Origin: Eutreptiella sp. 'Long Island Sound 2002' | Taxonomy: Eukaryota; Protista; Euglenida | Assembly (NCBI GenBank): GCA_964036045.1 | Contig: OZ038378.1 | Location: 12,772,001 to 12,836,000, forward strand | Reading direction: 5' to 3' | DNA length: 64,000 bases | Part shown: positions 1 through 11,879 of the stretch, one piece after another | Numbering within the stretch: position 1 is the stretch's first letter | Layout: each line of letters starts with the position of its first letter | Translations under genes and position numbers: made by a program | The notes under the pieces: model-generated | What the model saw: only the letters and a program-made list of their open reading frames with translations | The model's database searches: none | What the model was told of the DNA's origin: nothing

Positions 1-219
1 GCGCAATCAAGGAAGTACTCCAAAGCAGACCAAAACTGACGCCAAAGTGTGCCTGGGGATGCCCAAGCCACTCTGCGCTGAAAACCACACACACACACAC
101 ACACACCGTGCAGAGGGGTGCAGTGTGCAAAAAATAGCGTATAACAAGAAAGTGAACCGCCCATCCCATCTGTTGCCTGACTTATTCCGAAGGCACGCCG
201 CAAGCGACGCAAGGGTGTA

Positions 220-920
220 GCCCCAGGGGCCTTGGTACAATGCATCTCTGTGCCCATGGGCCCTGTTACAATGGACATCTACACCTGAGGGCACTGGTAC
301 AGTGCACGTCTCTGCGCCCATGGGCCCTGATAAAGATGATGTCTATGCCCCTTTGCACTGGCGCAGTGCATGTTGCTAACCAGAGGCACAGACATCCATT
401 GCATCAGGGCCTATGGACATGCACGGCACCAAGGCCAACGGGCACAAACATCTGCTGTATGAGGGCCACTAGGCACAGACATGCACTGTACCAGGGCCCA
501 GCTGTAGGCAGGCCCATGGCGATCCACTGTATCGGGGCCCATGGGCATAGATGCATGGCCACAGACCCGCATGATATCAAGCCACAGATACCCACTTCAC
601 CCAAGGCCCATTCGCATCGCCGCCCGCTGCATCAGCGCCCATCGGCACAGATGTACACGGCACCCGGGCCCATGCACACGGACCCCCACTGCATCATGGG
701 CGCAGATACCCCGTGCACCGGGGCCCAGGGGCACAGCCCTCCACTGTACCAGACTGAACCCCGACCTCAACCCGGACGTTCACTGTATCAGGGCCAGTGG
801 GCGTCCACTGTACCAGGGCCCACAGGCACAGACACCCACTGCAGCAGTGCGCATGGGCAGAGCCCTCCACCGGATCAGGGGCCATGCACAGGGCAATGGG
901 CGTACAGAGGGGCATTGCAC
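220..920. repeat. Degenerate 30-bp minisatellite with an orientation switch near 375
   Basis: Consensus about cagggcccatgggcacagacacccactgta. A 10-aa periodicity (HRHALYQGP) appears in the + ORF 240-1124 and in the - ORF 7-321. Confidence 0.7.
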
Positions 921-1746
921 CTGAATGCCCTTCCGGCGCACTGCCAACGCCGCCAGAAGCGAGGAATGCACATCCTTCTCCGCATGCCCCGAGGCCGGCG
1001 CCGGGCGGTCGGACTTGCTCACCCTACAGCAGACCACACGGTATGTCTGTCTTGGGAACCCTCTGCCATCCTCGACCACTTGCAGGCCCCCCATCTGGCG
1101 AGGCCAACACCAAGGGGGCCGTGAGTGTCTGTACGCACGCTGTACCACTTGGGATACCCAGTAACTCCCCCACAGTGACGGTGCAGTGCAGTGCCTCGGG
1201 GGGAGCTGACAAACCGCACCGGCCGAGGGACTGCCAAGGCATCACACACCAACTCTCCCCCCGCCCCACATGGCCCCCTGACGTTCGTTGTCCTCCGGCT
1301 CCGGCACAGGTGCCTCTTGTCCGCAGCCTCCGTGGTATCGGGCCGGCGTCACGCCGAAGCGGGGGGGGGGGTCTGGTGGGGCGAGCACTGCACACAGTTC
1401 AATATTTGAAGTCTGTCTTCCGGATCCGTTGAGCGCATTCAGAACTGCGGGTGCGCGCATCCCCCAGGACCATCGCCACTGCTCTGCGGTCACGGCATCC
1501 CATGTGACCCCAGGCCGTACGCCTCATGACATGTCTCCCGGGCCGGACCGCCCGTCCCGATGGTGTCCGCCCCCGGGCAGTCCCCCGCATCACGACCACC
1601 GGCACGCCGGTGGGGAACACGGGCAATGCGCGGAGCGCGCGGCGCCCAATGGCCACACAGTGCGCTGTGCCGTGTCCCGGGGGGCCTCCGCGCGCCCGTA
1701 GTGCATTGCGTCCCATGCCTCATGTCTGACCCACGAATCATCGGCG

Positions 1747-2002
1747 GCCACTTCTGATTTTGTCGCTCGCTGTAAAGCGCTGGGGACCCCCCAGGCAGCA
1801 GGGGTTATGTAGCCACCTGGCCCACTTGTGGGCCACTTCTGATTTGTCCCCTGCTCTGTTGCATTGGGGACCCCCCAGGCGGCAGGGGTTATGTAGCCAC
1901 CCGGCCCTCTTGTGGGCCTTTTCTGATTTTGTCCCCCACTGTGAAGCGTTGGGGTCCCCCCAGGAGGCAGGGGTTATGTAGCCAGCCGGCCCACTTGTGG
2001 GC
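1747..2002. repeat. Tandem repeat, 84-85-bp unit x3
   Basis: Units start at 1747, 1832 and 1916 with core ggggttatgtagcc. Inverted partial copies at about 31655-31750, 38925-38960 and 41525-41580. Confidence 0.85.
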
Positions 2003-2749
2003 CCCCCACATGTGCGACGCCACGAGTGACGAGGCAGTTCACTGGGCGAGGGTGGCGTCATCAGGTTCCAAATCCCGTGCCATCGAATGTGCACCGCTCA
2101 TACCCCTCCCCCGATCAGCTGTGGCTGCGGGTAAAACAACCGCATCGTGCCTGAGGCGGCGTAGCAAAGCCGATGGCGCGTCTTCCAAAACACAAAACAA
2201 AAAAAGGCCGTTAGAAATCCAAAAGCCCCAAACCTCCTGGGGTCTCTTCAGTTACTTCATGGGCAGCAGTGCTCTGCGTCCAGCCGCATGAAGCTTTAAC
2301 AAAACGACTGCGTCCGTTCCAAACCCCCCAAGTCCTAAACAGGCAGACACCTGCGTCCACGGCCACGCTGCTGCACACCCGCATGGCCTCATCAGGAGAC
2401 TTTTGGACCTCCGAAGGCCGATGCCCTTGTCAGCACAGCCTCCGTACCCTCCATCCGACACAACCACAAACACTGCAGTGCCATTAGGGGGGGGGGGGGG
2501 TTGGGTTGGGTCAAGGCCTTGCCTGGTCGCCAACCCACGGTCCGCATCGCCTTCCCTGCGGGACCCGACTGGGCGGCCGTATCCGGGTGTCCGGTCACAA
2601 GGCCTTCCGGACTGTTGACCGCCCCCAAACCCCACGGTGGCGCTCGCGGGCGGGAGATGCCGCCGTGCTTGTGTGTATGTGCCCTTGTGTGTCTGGGGGG
2701 GGGGGGGGGGCTGTGGCACACCTGCTTGCTCCATTGTTGTTCGGCGTTG

Positions 2750-3170
2750 GCGCACATGGCGCGGGGAAGTGTGTGCCTGGTGCTCCAGGCCCCGGCAGGG
2801 AGGCTGGAGAGCCTGACGCTGAGCCCGCTAGGGGAGATGTGGGCCTAGGCTCGCAACCTCCACGTCACAAGGACAAGCTACCCAACCGCTCCACGACTGC
2901 CTGTTGGCATGGGAAGGCGGTGGTACGTGGCACGACTAGGGTCAGACCCGCACTCCTTGACTGCCTTCGGCACAGGTGGTGCTGCCACACGGGCTGGGTC
3001 CGGCTCCCCACGGCCGAGGGCGTACCCCGGGCAAATGGAGGGGCACCAGGGCGCAGAGAGTGCTTCCCTGCCCAAGGTGCCACCGGTGCTAGCTGCACTG
3101 GCTGCGGCGCTACAGCCCGCGTAGACGAGGGGGCCCAGAGGGCACCACACCCGAATGGCCTCTCTGTTGA
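2750..3170 (+). repeat. GC-rich dispersed repeat, homologous to 57800-58200 (probable retroelement remnant)
   Basis: Shared gtg..cctggtgctccagg...gagcctgacgctgagccc...gcactccttgactgcct. Confidence 0.65.
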
Positions 3171-4759
3171 TTGGGGGGGGGGACAGTTCGCGGAGGCCAA
3201 ATTGTTAGGGGACATTTCGAAGGCAAGAAAAGCACCAGAATCCAGGGGCTTGGGGTTGAGCTCCCGGCGGGCTTTCCTCTGCGGTGGCCCCTCTCACAAA
3301 TACGCCCCAAAGGGGGGGGTGGACTCTCCCGACTCAGAGGCCCACAAAGGCTCAGGATCGGCACGTCCATTAAGGTCATCAGCGATGGCCCAGGAAGAGG
3401 GCAGGGCACACGCCTGCCGGGCCACCAGGGCGGACTCGCAAGTACTCGGATCTCCATGGTCTCCGCCGATGCCGGCTCCTGTGGTACCCCGCCGGTCTGC
3501 GGTCACGCCGTGCGGGGGGGGGGGGGGGGATTGGATCGGGGCTGGTCGGTCTGGAAGTGAGGGCTGAGTGGGTCCCATGGTCCTCAATGTTTGTGTGTCA
3601 GTGCGATGGTGTGTGACGCCGAGATGGAACTTCCCAATCCATTCGAGTTCGCTCTGCCCCACGGCACTCAGGTGTGCAGGCCGCTGACGAGGAAAGCCCG
3701 AGCGAAATGGGACTACTTGAAAGTCCCATTTGAAAGTCGTTGGGGGGGGGGGGTCGCGGCTGAAGCACCCACGGTCCTGAAACAGGCAGACCCCCTTCCT
3801 CCCCCTCGCATGGGGTGCCGTTGCACCAAGACAAGGCCTGTTCAGGTACGCTGGCGATCCTGAATGCAAAAAGGGGGTCCCTTTCAAATGGCGGTGGTGG
3901 GGGGTGGGGGTGTGGACTGGAATGCATGAGGACGGCCGAGACGCCCACTTGTAGAGGTTTGATGCCCATAGCGCTCCACACATCCATCGACATGGACCCA
4001 ACGCCCGCCCCGGGCGCAGATGTCCGGTGCTCAGGACCTCCTTATTGCACATTGGTGCCGTCCAACTCCACTCCTTTCCCTGATTCCCCTGATTGGCTGC
4101 ATCCCTCCTCGCCTTATGGGGCCGTTGCACAGCACCCCCCGCTGCTGCACGCCACCAACACTCCGCAGTCCCATGCGTTGGTGTTTGCTTTCGCATAGCG
4201 TTTGGTCAAGGTCAAGAGGAGGCCAGGCGTTTCCCGGCATCAACGCCAAAGAACTGATCCCATCAAACACTTGGTACGCCAAATGCCGTGGCACAACCGG
4301 GTCTCCCGGCCTTGCCTTAAGTGTTGTGTCTCATGGAATCCGCTGGTTGGGGCCGACACACGTCGCAGACCGGGCCCTGTGCGCAGTGATACCCGTCGAT
4401 ACTCTTCAGAACGCCCGTTTCTTTGAGGCCACTCACGCCTTTGTCTCTCAGAGAGTTGATGGCATTGAACAGGGCATCACGCCCGGAGTCTACACACGAC
4501 AAACAAAGAACCGGAAAGAGCGTCACCACGGATTCAAGACGCCGCCGCCACGGAACTGCCTGTAACGAAGCCCATGCGCTACGTGCACTCGCATGCAGGT
4601 TCTTGGCAGTGAACAGCCCCACTTGACCCGTCTCGCTGGACCATCTCCATCCCTCCCTCCCTCCCTGTTCCACACGTGCACCGGTGGCAAATCTTGTCGG
4701 CAGGCAATAGAATCATACAGAGGCCACAACGTGCGAAGGAGTATGCAAATAGATGATTG

Positions 4760-4760
<1 letters not shown>

Positions 4761-4790
<30 letters not shown>

Positions 4791-4797
4791 TGTGTGT
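4761..4797. repeat. Compound (CT)n(GT)n microsatellite
   Basis: ctctctctctctgtgtgtgtgtgtgtgtgtgtgtgtg. Confidence 0.95.
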
Positions 4798-5539
4798 GAC
4801 CACAAGACTAATTGGGGGGGAGCAGATGCCCTGGTGAACTCTTTGCGGTGTGAGTGCGTCAGAGAGTTGTGGAAGAAATGGCGAGAGGGGATGGATATGA
4901 AAATACGGGTTGCAGACGAGGTCAGACTCACAATGTATGGGAAGGGGGGGGGGGGGCAAAACGCTCCATCAGAAGGGGGATAAATACGGGGGGGGGGGGT
5001 TGCAGTAGACCGGGCAATGCTGGTCTTCTGTGCTGTTCAGAGATATTTCATCCCAGTCCAGCCTGTGTTGGCCTTACACCACCAGCCCGCAGCCACCACT
5101 TACCAAGCGAGGGGACAGCACGGAGCACAGAGAACAGCGGCCAGGGGCATGCGCCACCCGGCTGCAACACCATGGCGAACGAACCGTGCCGTACCATACC
5201 TGCCTCCCCTTCCCCCTGGCCTGCCCTTCCCATCCCCAGGTCCGAAACTTCGTCTGCTCATTGATCCATGAGCAAGGGCCCTGATCAGCCACCATTCCGT
5301 TTGTCAGATCGCCCCAGAGCTGTCAAAGATGTGATATACATACATATACATATGTGTGTATACATGGCCGTATACATACATACATACATATACCAAGGCT
5401 TCCATTCGAATCATGCTCAAACTGCGAGGTTCAACATTCCTACTCTCCTACATCGCTGCAATAACCATGAGTTCGTAGTTCATGTGTGGGCCTTGCAGTA
5501 GCCCCTAGCACACTGATTCATATATATATATGCATATAC

Positions 5540-5570
<31 letters not shown>

Positions 5571-5571
<1 letters not shown>

Positions 5572-5790
5572 AAAGTCTGTAGACACTGTGCATAGTTTGT
5601 AGACAATGTGCACAGACACGTTTACCCGAGTATAGTCTGTAGACACTGTGCACCACAAGTAGACGCGGCGTGCCAATTGTAGACACTGTGCACATGTTGT
5701 AGACGCAAAGAGACAATATTTGGGAAGAGGGCCGAAGGCCCCCTTCCCCCGAAAAAGGGTCCGCTAACGGCGTTTACCCGTGTACGGATT
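5571..5790 (+). repeat. GTAGACACTGTGCA-array element, copy 1 (preceded by (AT)n at about 5518-5568)
   Basis: Homologous to 32030-32310, including gagacaatatt...ggcgaaggcccccttccc...gcgtttacccgtg. Confidence 0.75.
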
Positions 5791-6026
5791 CTATTATGCG
5801 TCGGGGATTTTATTACGCGTCGGGGATTTTAATACACCGCCCCACGCGTAATGCATTTAGTACGCCTTCCCCGACGCCCCACGCGTAAGTCGGTGCTTGT
5901 TTGACAGCCCTCGATCGCCCCCATCCCGTCACCCGTGCCGCTCTTGTTCTCCTCCGAGTCCTCCCCGCTCTTTAAGTTCTGGGAGCTGCTCCTCCTCCCC
6001 TGGCCCTGACTGGACTCACGACAAAC

Positions 6027-7826
6027 CTGCACTGCGGGTCGCAGGGGCCGGAGCCCCACCAATGGCTGGGGGCGGCGGAGGCAGTCCCCGTGCTGGAGTC
6101 GGGGGCGGCGGTGGGGGAGGGGGCGGCGGAAGCCCTGACCCAGAGGGAGCAGCGGGAGGGGGAGGCGGAGGCGGGGGCGGCGGGGGGGGAGGCAGCGCGC
6201 TGCTTGGTACGCCTGGGATCGGAGGAGCCACGGGTGGGGGTGGCGGCGGTGGCAACGGTCCTGCAAAGGAAACATGAGGAGCGAGGCTGCGCAGCACAGC
6301 ACTCCCTTTGTGGGGCACTCCCTCAGAGGACAGGAACCCTACATCAGAGCCCCTGCTGATCCGACAGGGGCGATCCGTGCAGCACCAATACTCGCTGCTC
6401 GACTCGCAGAATCCCTGACACTCAAGGCACTGAGGGACAACTGCAGTGTCCGGTGCCCTGGCGTTGCTGAAGAAGAGCCTGTCCACAAGGGGGGTTTCAG
6501 CGAAAACTTCGGCTTGTCCTTCTTGTCCTCGGCATTCAGCTCCCAGGGGGCCCCATGCACTTCTCGCCCCCTCCAGAGGCAAGCCCCACGCCCTGCGGCT
6601 GCACCGCTGGCATGGGGGGGGGGGGGTTGGCACAAGGCCTCGGTGTTAGGTTGTTTGCCTTTGGCGGCGCCTATTGGCCTCTCGCCACTGCTCATTCTGA
6701 GGGAGGGGGGGGGGAGGGCCAAACTCCCCACCATTCTTGGCCAGATGCCCGTCGTGGCCAATACAAGTCAATCCCAATGTGCATGTCCCTCAACACGGAA
6801 GGAACAAATGATTGCAACCTCGCATCCATAAGCGCAGGAGCCCCTGAAAAAAAAATATACGGTAGACACAGAAGAAAGACTTTGTCAGTTGTCTGCTCTA
6901 AACTCCTCCGACGCGTGAGTGGCTTCGGGTGATCTGAGCAATGCGATGGAAATCCGTCGCCCGGACATTGTTACGGTTGCTGCGACTGCAATCGGGGGAT
7001 CAGGGCACACATGTGCAGACAAACCTGGTGGTGGGGGCTGACTCGGTGGCGGTGGCGGTGGCGGTGGTGGTAGCGCACCTCCGCCGCTGCTGAGGACAGG
7101 GGGAGGTGGAGGCGGAGCTGTAGGAGCTGTTGCTGGTGAACGCCCAGACCATGTCCCCCGCCGCAGTGCGCGAGTGGTGCTGCTTGCCACAGAGACTGTG
7201 TCATCGAAGATATCAGAGGTCTGCACTCCGCTGGGGGCGATGGGGGCCCTGAGAGGGGGAGGCACGTGGCGGAGCGGGGCCGAGGTGGGGGGGGGGGGGG
7301 GGTCAGAGGGCACAAGGGGCAGACACAGAGGACACGACTGGCAGTGCATTGGCGTGCCACTGGCATACAGATGACATACAAATGCATGGGGCGATGAAGG
7401 TCCGGGCTGCTGTATGCACCGGAGGTCAGCAAAACACGGGGGGGGGGGGGGGGTTAGCCCGCTGCCTGTACCCTGAGCCTCCCCCCTCCATGTACATGGG
7501 GCACAAGAAGCACCAACAGGGGCTAACGCTGCGCGTTGGAGGCCCTGCCATGCCGTGGCGTGGTGCGCACCGTCTGCGTTGTTGAATGCCGTACGGGGCC
7601 TGCCACCCACTGGCCTCCCCCCCTTGCCCTTACCCGCACCCCTTCCCCGGCCTGCAAGGCCTGGCTGGGGCCGGTCTCCGGGGCCTGCCCTTGCCCATGC
7701 CCTTGATTGCCTCTGCCTCTGGCCGCACCCGACAGCTCTGCTCCACCGCCGCCGCCATCGCCGCCGGTAAGGCTGCTGCCGCCCCCGTCAGTGGCCCTGC
7801 CGTCGCATCTGCCGCAGCCTGCCCCT
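6027..7826 (-). CDS. Multi-exon polyproline protein (formin FH1/WASP-like), partial model
   Basis: Phase-compatible GT-AG exons at 7826-7634 (donor GTAAGG), 7248-7025, about 6598-6390 and 6260-6027. They encode runs such as LPPPPPPPPPSQPPPP and LPPPPPPPPPPPPPAAP plus WELNAEDKKDKPKFSLKPPLW. The ends of the gene and the third exon's donor are unresolved. Confidence 0.55.
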
Positions 7827-8321
7827 CTGGCGACAGCACCGCAGGGGGGGGGTGGGGGGGGCATCAGGCGGGGGCTGGGCCTGAGCCACGCTTTGGCCCA
7901 ACCCCCCAGACCTCCGGGGGTACAAATGGGAAGGGGTCTGCCAACACCGGCGACGTCTGGTCAGGCTTCTCTCCGCTGCCCCCCCCCCCCCGGCGCTGTG
8001 CGTTTGGGTGTAAAAGGGCACCCCCCCCCCGCCTCCCCCACACGGTGCCCCCCCCCCTGTGCTCCGTTGGCCGCGCGCGCACCGGCTCCTGCGCTTCGCC
8101 CCGGTCCCCCCCCCCCCCCCCGCTGCTGCCCGGAGATCGCAGACACCGTCACTGGGACACCGGCGCCTCAGCAGAGGCTCCGATGCCGCCCGCTGTGCCT
8201 GCAAATGGCATCGCACAAAAGGTGATGTGCCCGTACGGGCCCCCTGTGCTGCACCGCTGGGACTTGGCTCCGGCCCCACCCCCCGCTCAGTGCCTGACCT
8301 CAGCAGCCCCCCCCCCTCCCT

Positions 8322-8372
8322 CCCCCTGTGTGACATTCCGTCTGGTTGTTGTTTCTTTACGGGCCCCCCCCG
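8322..8372 (+). repeat. Fragment of a high-copy repeat recalled from euglenid sequence sets
   Basis: ccccctgtgtgacattccgtctggttgttgtttctttacggg. The assignment is from memory only and has not been searched. Confidence 0.35.
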
Positions 8373-10088
8373 CTCCTCAGGAGCACCGGCAGTACGCACG
8401 GCGGTGGCCATGGCAGTGCCGGTAGGGGGCGGGGCAGGGGGCAGACCGGGCCATACAGGGCCAAGGCAGAGCAGGCAGGAGCTCCAGGGGAGCCCAGGGG
8501 ACGGGGGTCCACTGGACCGGCATCCCTTCAGAAGGCGCGCTGCAGAATTCAGCCAGGCCTCATGTAGTGCACACTGCGACACGTCCCCAAATACCGGCAC
8601 ACGTGGGTGTGGGTTTGTCTGGAGTCTTGGCACGTGCTGCCCTGCCCTTTGGGTGTATCGGTGGGTGGGTGTGCCCCGGCTTGCATGGCATTGTGTCTCC
8701 GCCTTCGGTACCCGACGTACCTGAGAGGGGTCCGGCCTGGGGCTGGCTGACTACTGCTGCGTGCCTTGTTCGTTTGGTTTATGACTGTTTTCTTTGACCA
8801 CGGCACACGTGATGTCACGGGTCGCATTACATGTTTCTCATTGGCGGCCGAGGTTGACGCTGCTGCAGGCCTTCGTTGTCCCGTAGCACCCGAGTACATC
8901 TGTGCATCGGCACATGCTGTACACACGGGGGCGGGGCGTATTCCTGAGGGACTGGCACGGGGGGCCCGACTCCTCAGGATTGACGCGAAGTACACCCGCA
9001 ACTGACTGTTGGCCAGAGGACCCCTTGGGGGGCCGGAATGGGGGGGGGGGGCGAATTTTTTTTTGGGGGGGGGGGTTGCCCAAGTTACATGGCCTACATA
9101 ATGTACCATGCTCCGCCCCTCCGCAAAGGGAAAGTGCCCCGGCGACCAGAGGCATGCGTTGGCTCATCACAGGCCCACGATCCCCGAACCGAATCAAGGA
9201 GCACGGGGTTCCCTATCCTCCCCTTGCCCCCTTTGGCTCTTAGTGGACAGCAATGATGTGGCTGTAGGCAGGCATGGACGATTGTGGACTACTCGGGCCG
9301 GGACCTTTGGCAACTATCGGGGGGGGGGGGGGTACTTCACGTCCCGGGACAGGTAGACCCCCCCTCCCCCAGGGGAGGGACTGGCAATCCCTTGGGCTGA
9401 TGGTTTCGTTACGGACTGGCAAGCCCCAGCGACAAGATGGGGCACGACGCCAATCATGGGTTTTGCCGAGACGACTGCTCCTGAGAGACTGGAGGAGCCA
9501 TGCCCATCCATTGGCACCCATTCCGTACGGCGCCACCCCAAATATCAATCATTGAGCGACACACACCAGGAATCAAAGTCGACGTCCCAAGGCAAATCCG
9601 CAACTGCATTGAGGCCAGGCAATGCTTCTGGCAACTCGAACTCAGGGACGTCCCCAAGTTGAGGTTTGAACGTGTACTCCAGCCCCTGTACCTGCAGGAC
9701 AGTGTGATGTTGCAGTTTGCCTCGTGCCTCCGGTGGGTCTGCCTGCTGCACTGGACCTTCCGCTACCGTCATGCCCCTCATTCGATTCGAGATTCAGCCG
9801 CCCGTCGGTTTCCCGGGGGAAATGGTGGCACACAGGGCCGTCTTCCAACTGCGCACCACGTGTTTGTGGTTTCAGGGGGGGCAGGTGCGTGTGGTGAACA
9901 CGGGTGTTTTCACGGAGAGGTTGGTCGCCAGGCCTGCCAATGGCGCACAGAGCAGGTGCACAGTGAGTTTGGATGGACCCCCAATGTAGCCACGAAGCTC
10001 AGCGACGTGCTGGCAGAGGGGCCGCCACCCTGCGGATGGGAAGGATAGCTCCAGAGACAAGACAGCAAGCTCCATCCCAAAAGACAAA

Positions 10089-10452
10089 GGGGAATGTTTG
10101 CCCGGCGCATGCCCGGTGCGCTACCTTTGTATTAAGTATCCTATCTCTAGCCCCAAGTTTAGCCCCACCTAGCGAAGTCCCCCAAGTAGACCGCACTAGA
10201 CCGCAAACCTTCCCTGCAAGGCACCTTGCATAGGCCGAAATATGAGAATTCAACAACACAAAATGTCACTCCCACCACTTCCAACCACCACCCTTGCCAT
10301 CGTCATAAACCGGGTGCAAAGGATGGGCCAGATTCTTAGACACGGCGAGAAGGTTCTGCAGATGGTTTGGTGAGGGGGGGGGAAGACACGCACGGGTGGG
10401 GAATGGTCAAAAAAAGATGCCCAGCACGCGCCCGGCGCACTAATACTTCCCC
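10089..10452 (+). mobile_element. Dispersed 364-bp non-autonomous element, copy 1
   Basis: Near-identical to 35191-35557. Imperfect TIRs GGGGAATGTTTG / CTAATACTTCCCC, flanked by A runs. Confidence 0.8.
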
Positions 10453-11879
10453 AAACAAGCCACCTACCTCCACACACACTCGTCCAGTGCATGGTGGCGA
10501 GATTGCTGGCGGAATCCCTGACCGGCTTCATGACGCTCTTAGAGACTTCTGGTTTGCCCGCATCACGCAGGGCTGCCGCAATCTACGACACCCGACATCC
10601 CACAACACACCACACGGACATGGGAACAGGCCCTCCCTGCACCACACCACACAAACCTGGGGTAGGACATCACCACTCATCACAGTCCTTGGGGCTGCCG
10701 CCAATTCCTTCTTGGGGGACTCCTCTCTGACCCTTCTTTTCGCATCAACGGGGTCGAGGGGGTCCAAGGTGCTGCATTGCTGCGGGAGATGGATGGATCC
10801 GATCAGGGCAAATGAGTGGCCAGAGGGCAAAATGCACAGCGTCATTCTATTGTGACAGTTGAAGCAGCGCGTCCCCTGTCACCCAACAGCATGGCATACT
10901 GCGATCCACGAAAGATGACGCACCACGAGCGCCTGCTCACGGAGAAGACTTGGCTTGGTGGCCACAACCTACAACGGCATCTCATACCACAAGCTGCAGA
11001 CCACCCCACCCACAAGCGGTATAACACTCTGTACTACAGACTTCACCCTGCACCACCTGTACAGCCCGTACCACGAGTTGCACGATACCTTGTACGGATT
11101 TTCCGATGTGTTGAACAGCAACAAGGATGACACCGAGGGCAGATGCTGCGGCAGGCGCCCCAACCCCTGCACCTTCGGCGGGACGTACTGCCGCGTCGGA
11201 ATGAGAAATTGGAAGTTGAAAGCATCGCATGGATCCTGAGCATGACATGACGTGGGCAGTGGCAGGGACGCCAGCTCCAACCCGATGCACCTGCCTGGGA
11301 GGTTTGGCGACACGATTTGGGGCGGTCCCCGTGTCATCCGGAGCTCGGGCCAGGGGACAGCGAGCCCTCAGGCACTCAAGGCTGTGCAGCAAGGGGGCCC
11401 AACATCAAGGCTAGCAAATGGGCGCTCGGGGTGACTTAGCATGCAGTAGCAGGCATGCGCAAAATGAGAAAAAATCAGAATTTTGTTGTGGTGGTTGGGG
11501 TTCTGCCGAAATTGGTGGATGATACCTAAGAATATGGAGGACAGTCACACGACGTTTGAGCCAAAAACTCAATCGTGGCGGCTGCAAGTGGTGGACCCAA
11601 GTATCAGAAAATGCAAAAAAAAATGCCATGTCTTAGCTGGTTTGAGAATCTAGGATGCTTATGGAGTGGGCCATTTTGCATTGGAACCAACATAGATGAC
11701 AGGCAAACACTAAGCAACACTGTGCAGTTGCTTTTGCACACTGCCATTGGCCTCAATGACCCGTGTGCAGGTCAATATTGGCCAAAAAAAAGTTCAGCGA
11801 TGAAAGTGACAAGCTTTACCTATCCACATTCCTTCGTTGTGTTTGACTGCCATGTATTGCATTGGGCAACATTGTGGTA

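Noticed and set aside
3190-3240. WH2-like string AKLLGDISKARK on the + strand
   Set aside because: It is on the opposite strand to the proline-rich gene, inside a repeat-derived ORF, and short enough to be chance.
240-4200. Long ORFs of 200-350 aa (240-1124, 2506-3567, 3294-4196)
   Set aside because: They arise from GC-rich minisatellite or repeat DNA with few stops, and have no recognisable domain or splice support.
1-6000. Formin FH2 domain downstream of the polyproline exons
   Set aside because: No FH2-like exon was recognised in any frame, so no gene symbol was assigned.
6261-6633. Cys-rich frame (CLECQGFC...WCC) contiguous with the last polyproline exon
   Set aside because: The alternative frame has stronger GC3 codon bias and phase-compatible splice sites, and there is a clear acceptor at 6261. 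Not fully excluded.
9240-11240. Host genes in the protein-like fragments at 9314-9781, 10816-11239, 16673-17378, 23934-24251, 34759-35085 and 45683-46655
   Set aside because: They have in-frame stops or frameshifts, no recognisable domain and no coherent exon chain. They are probably decayed mobile-element ORFs that I cannot assign to a family.
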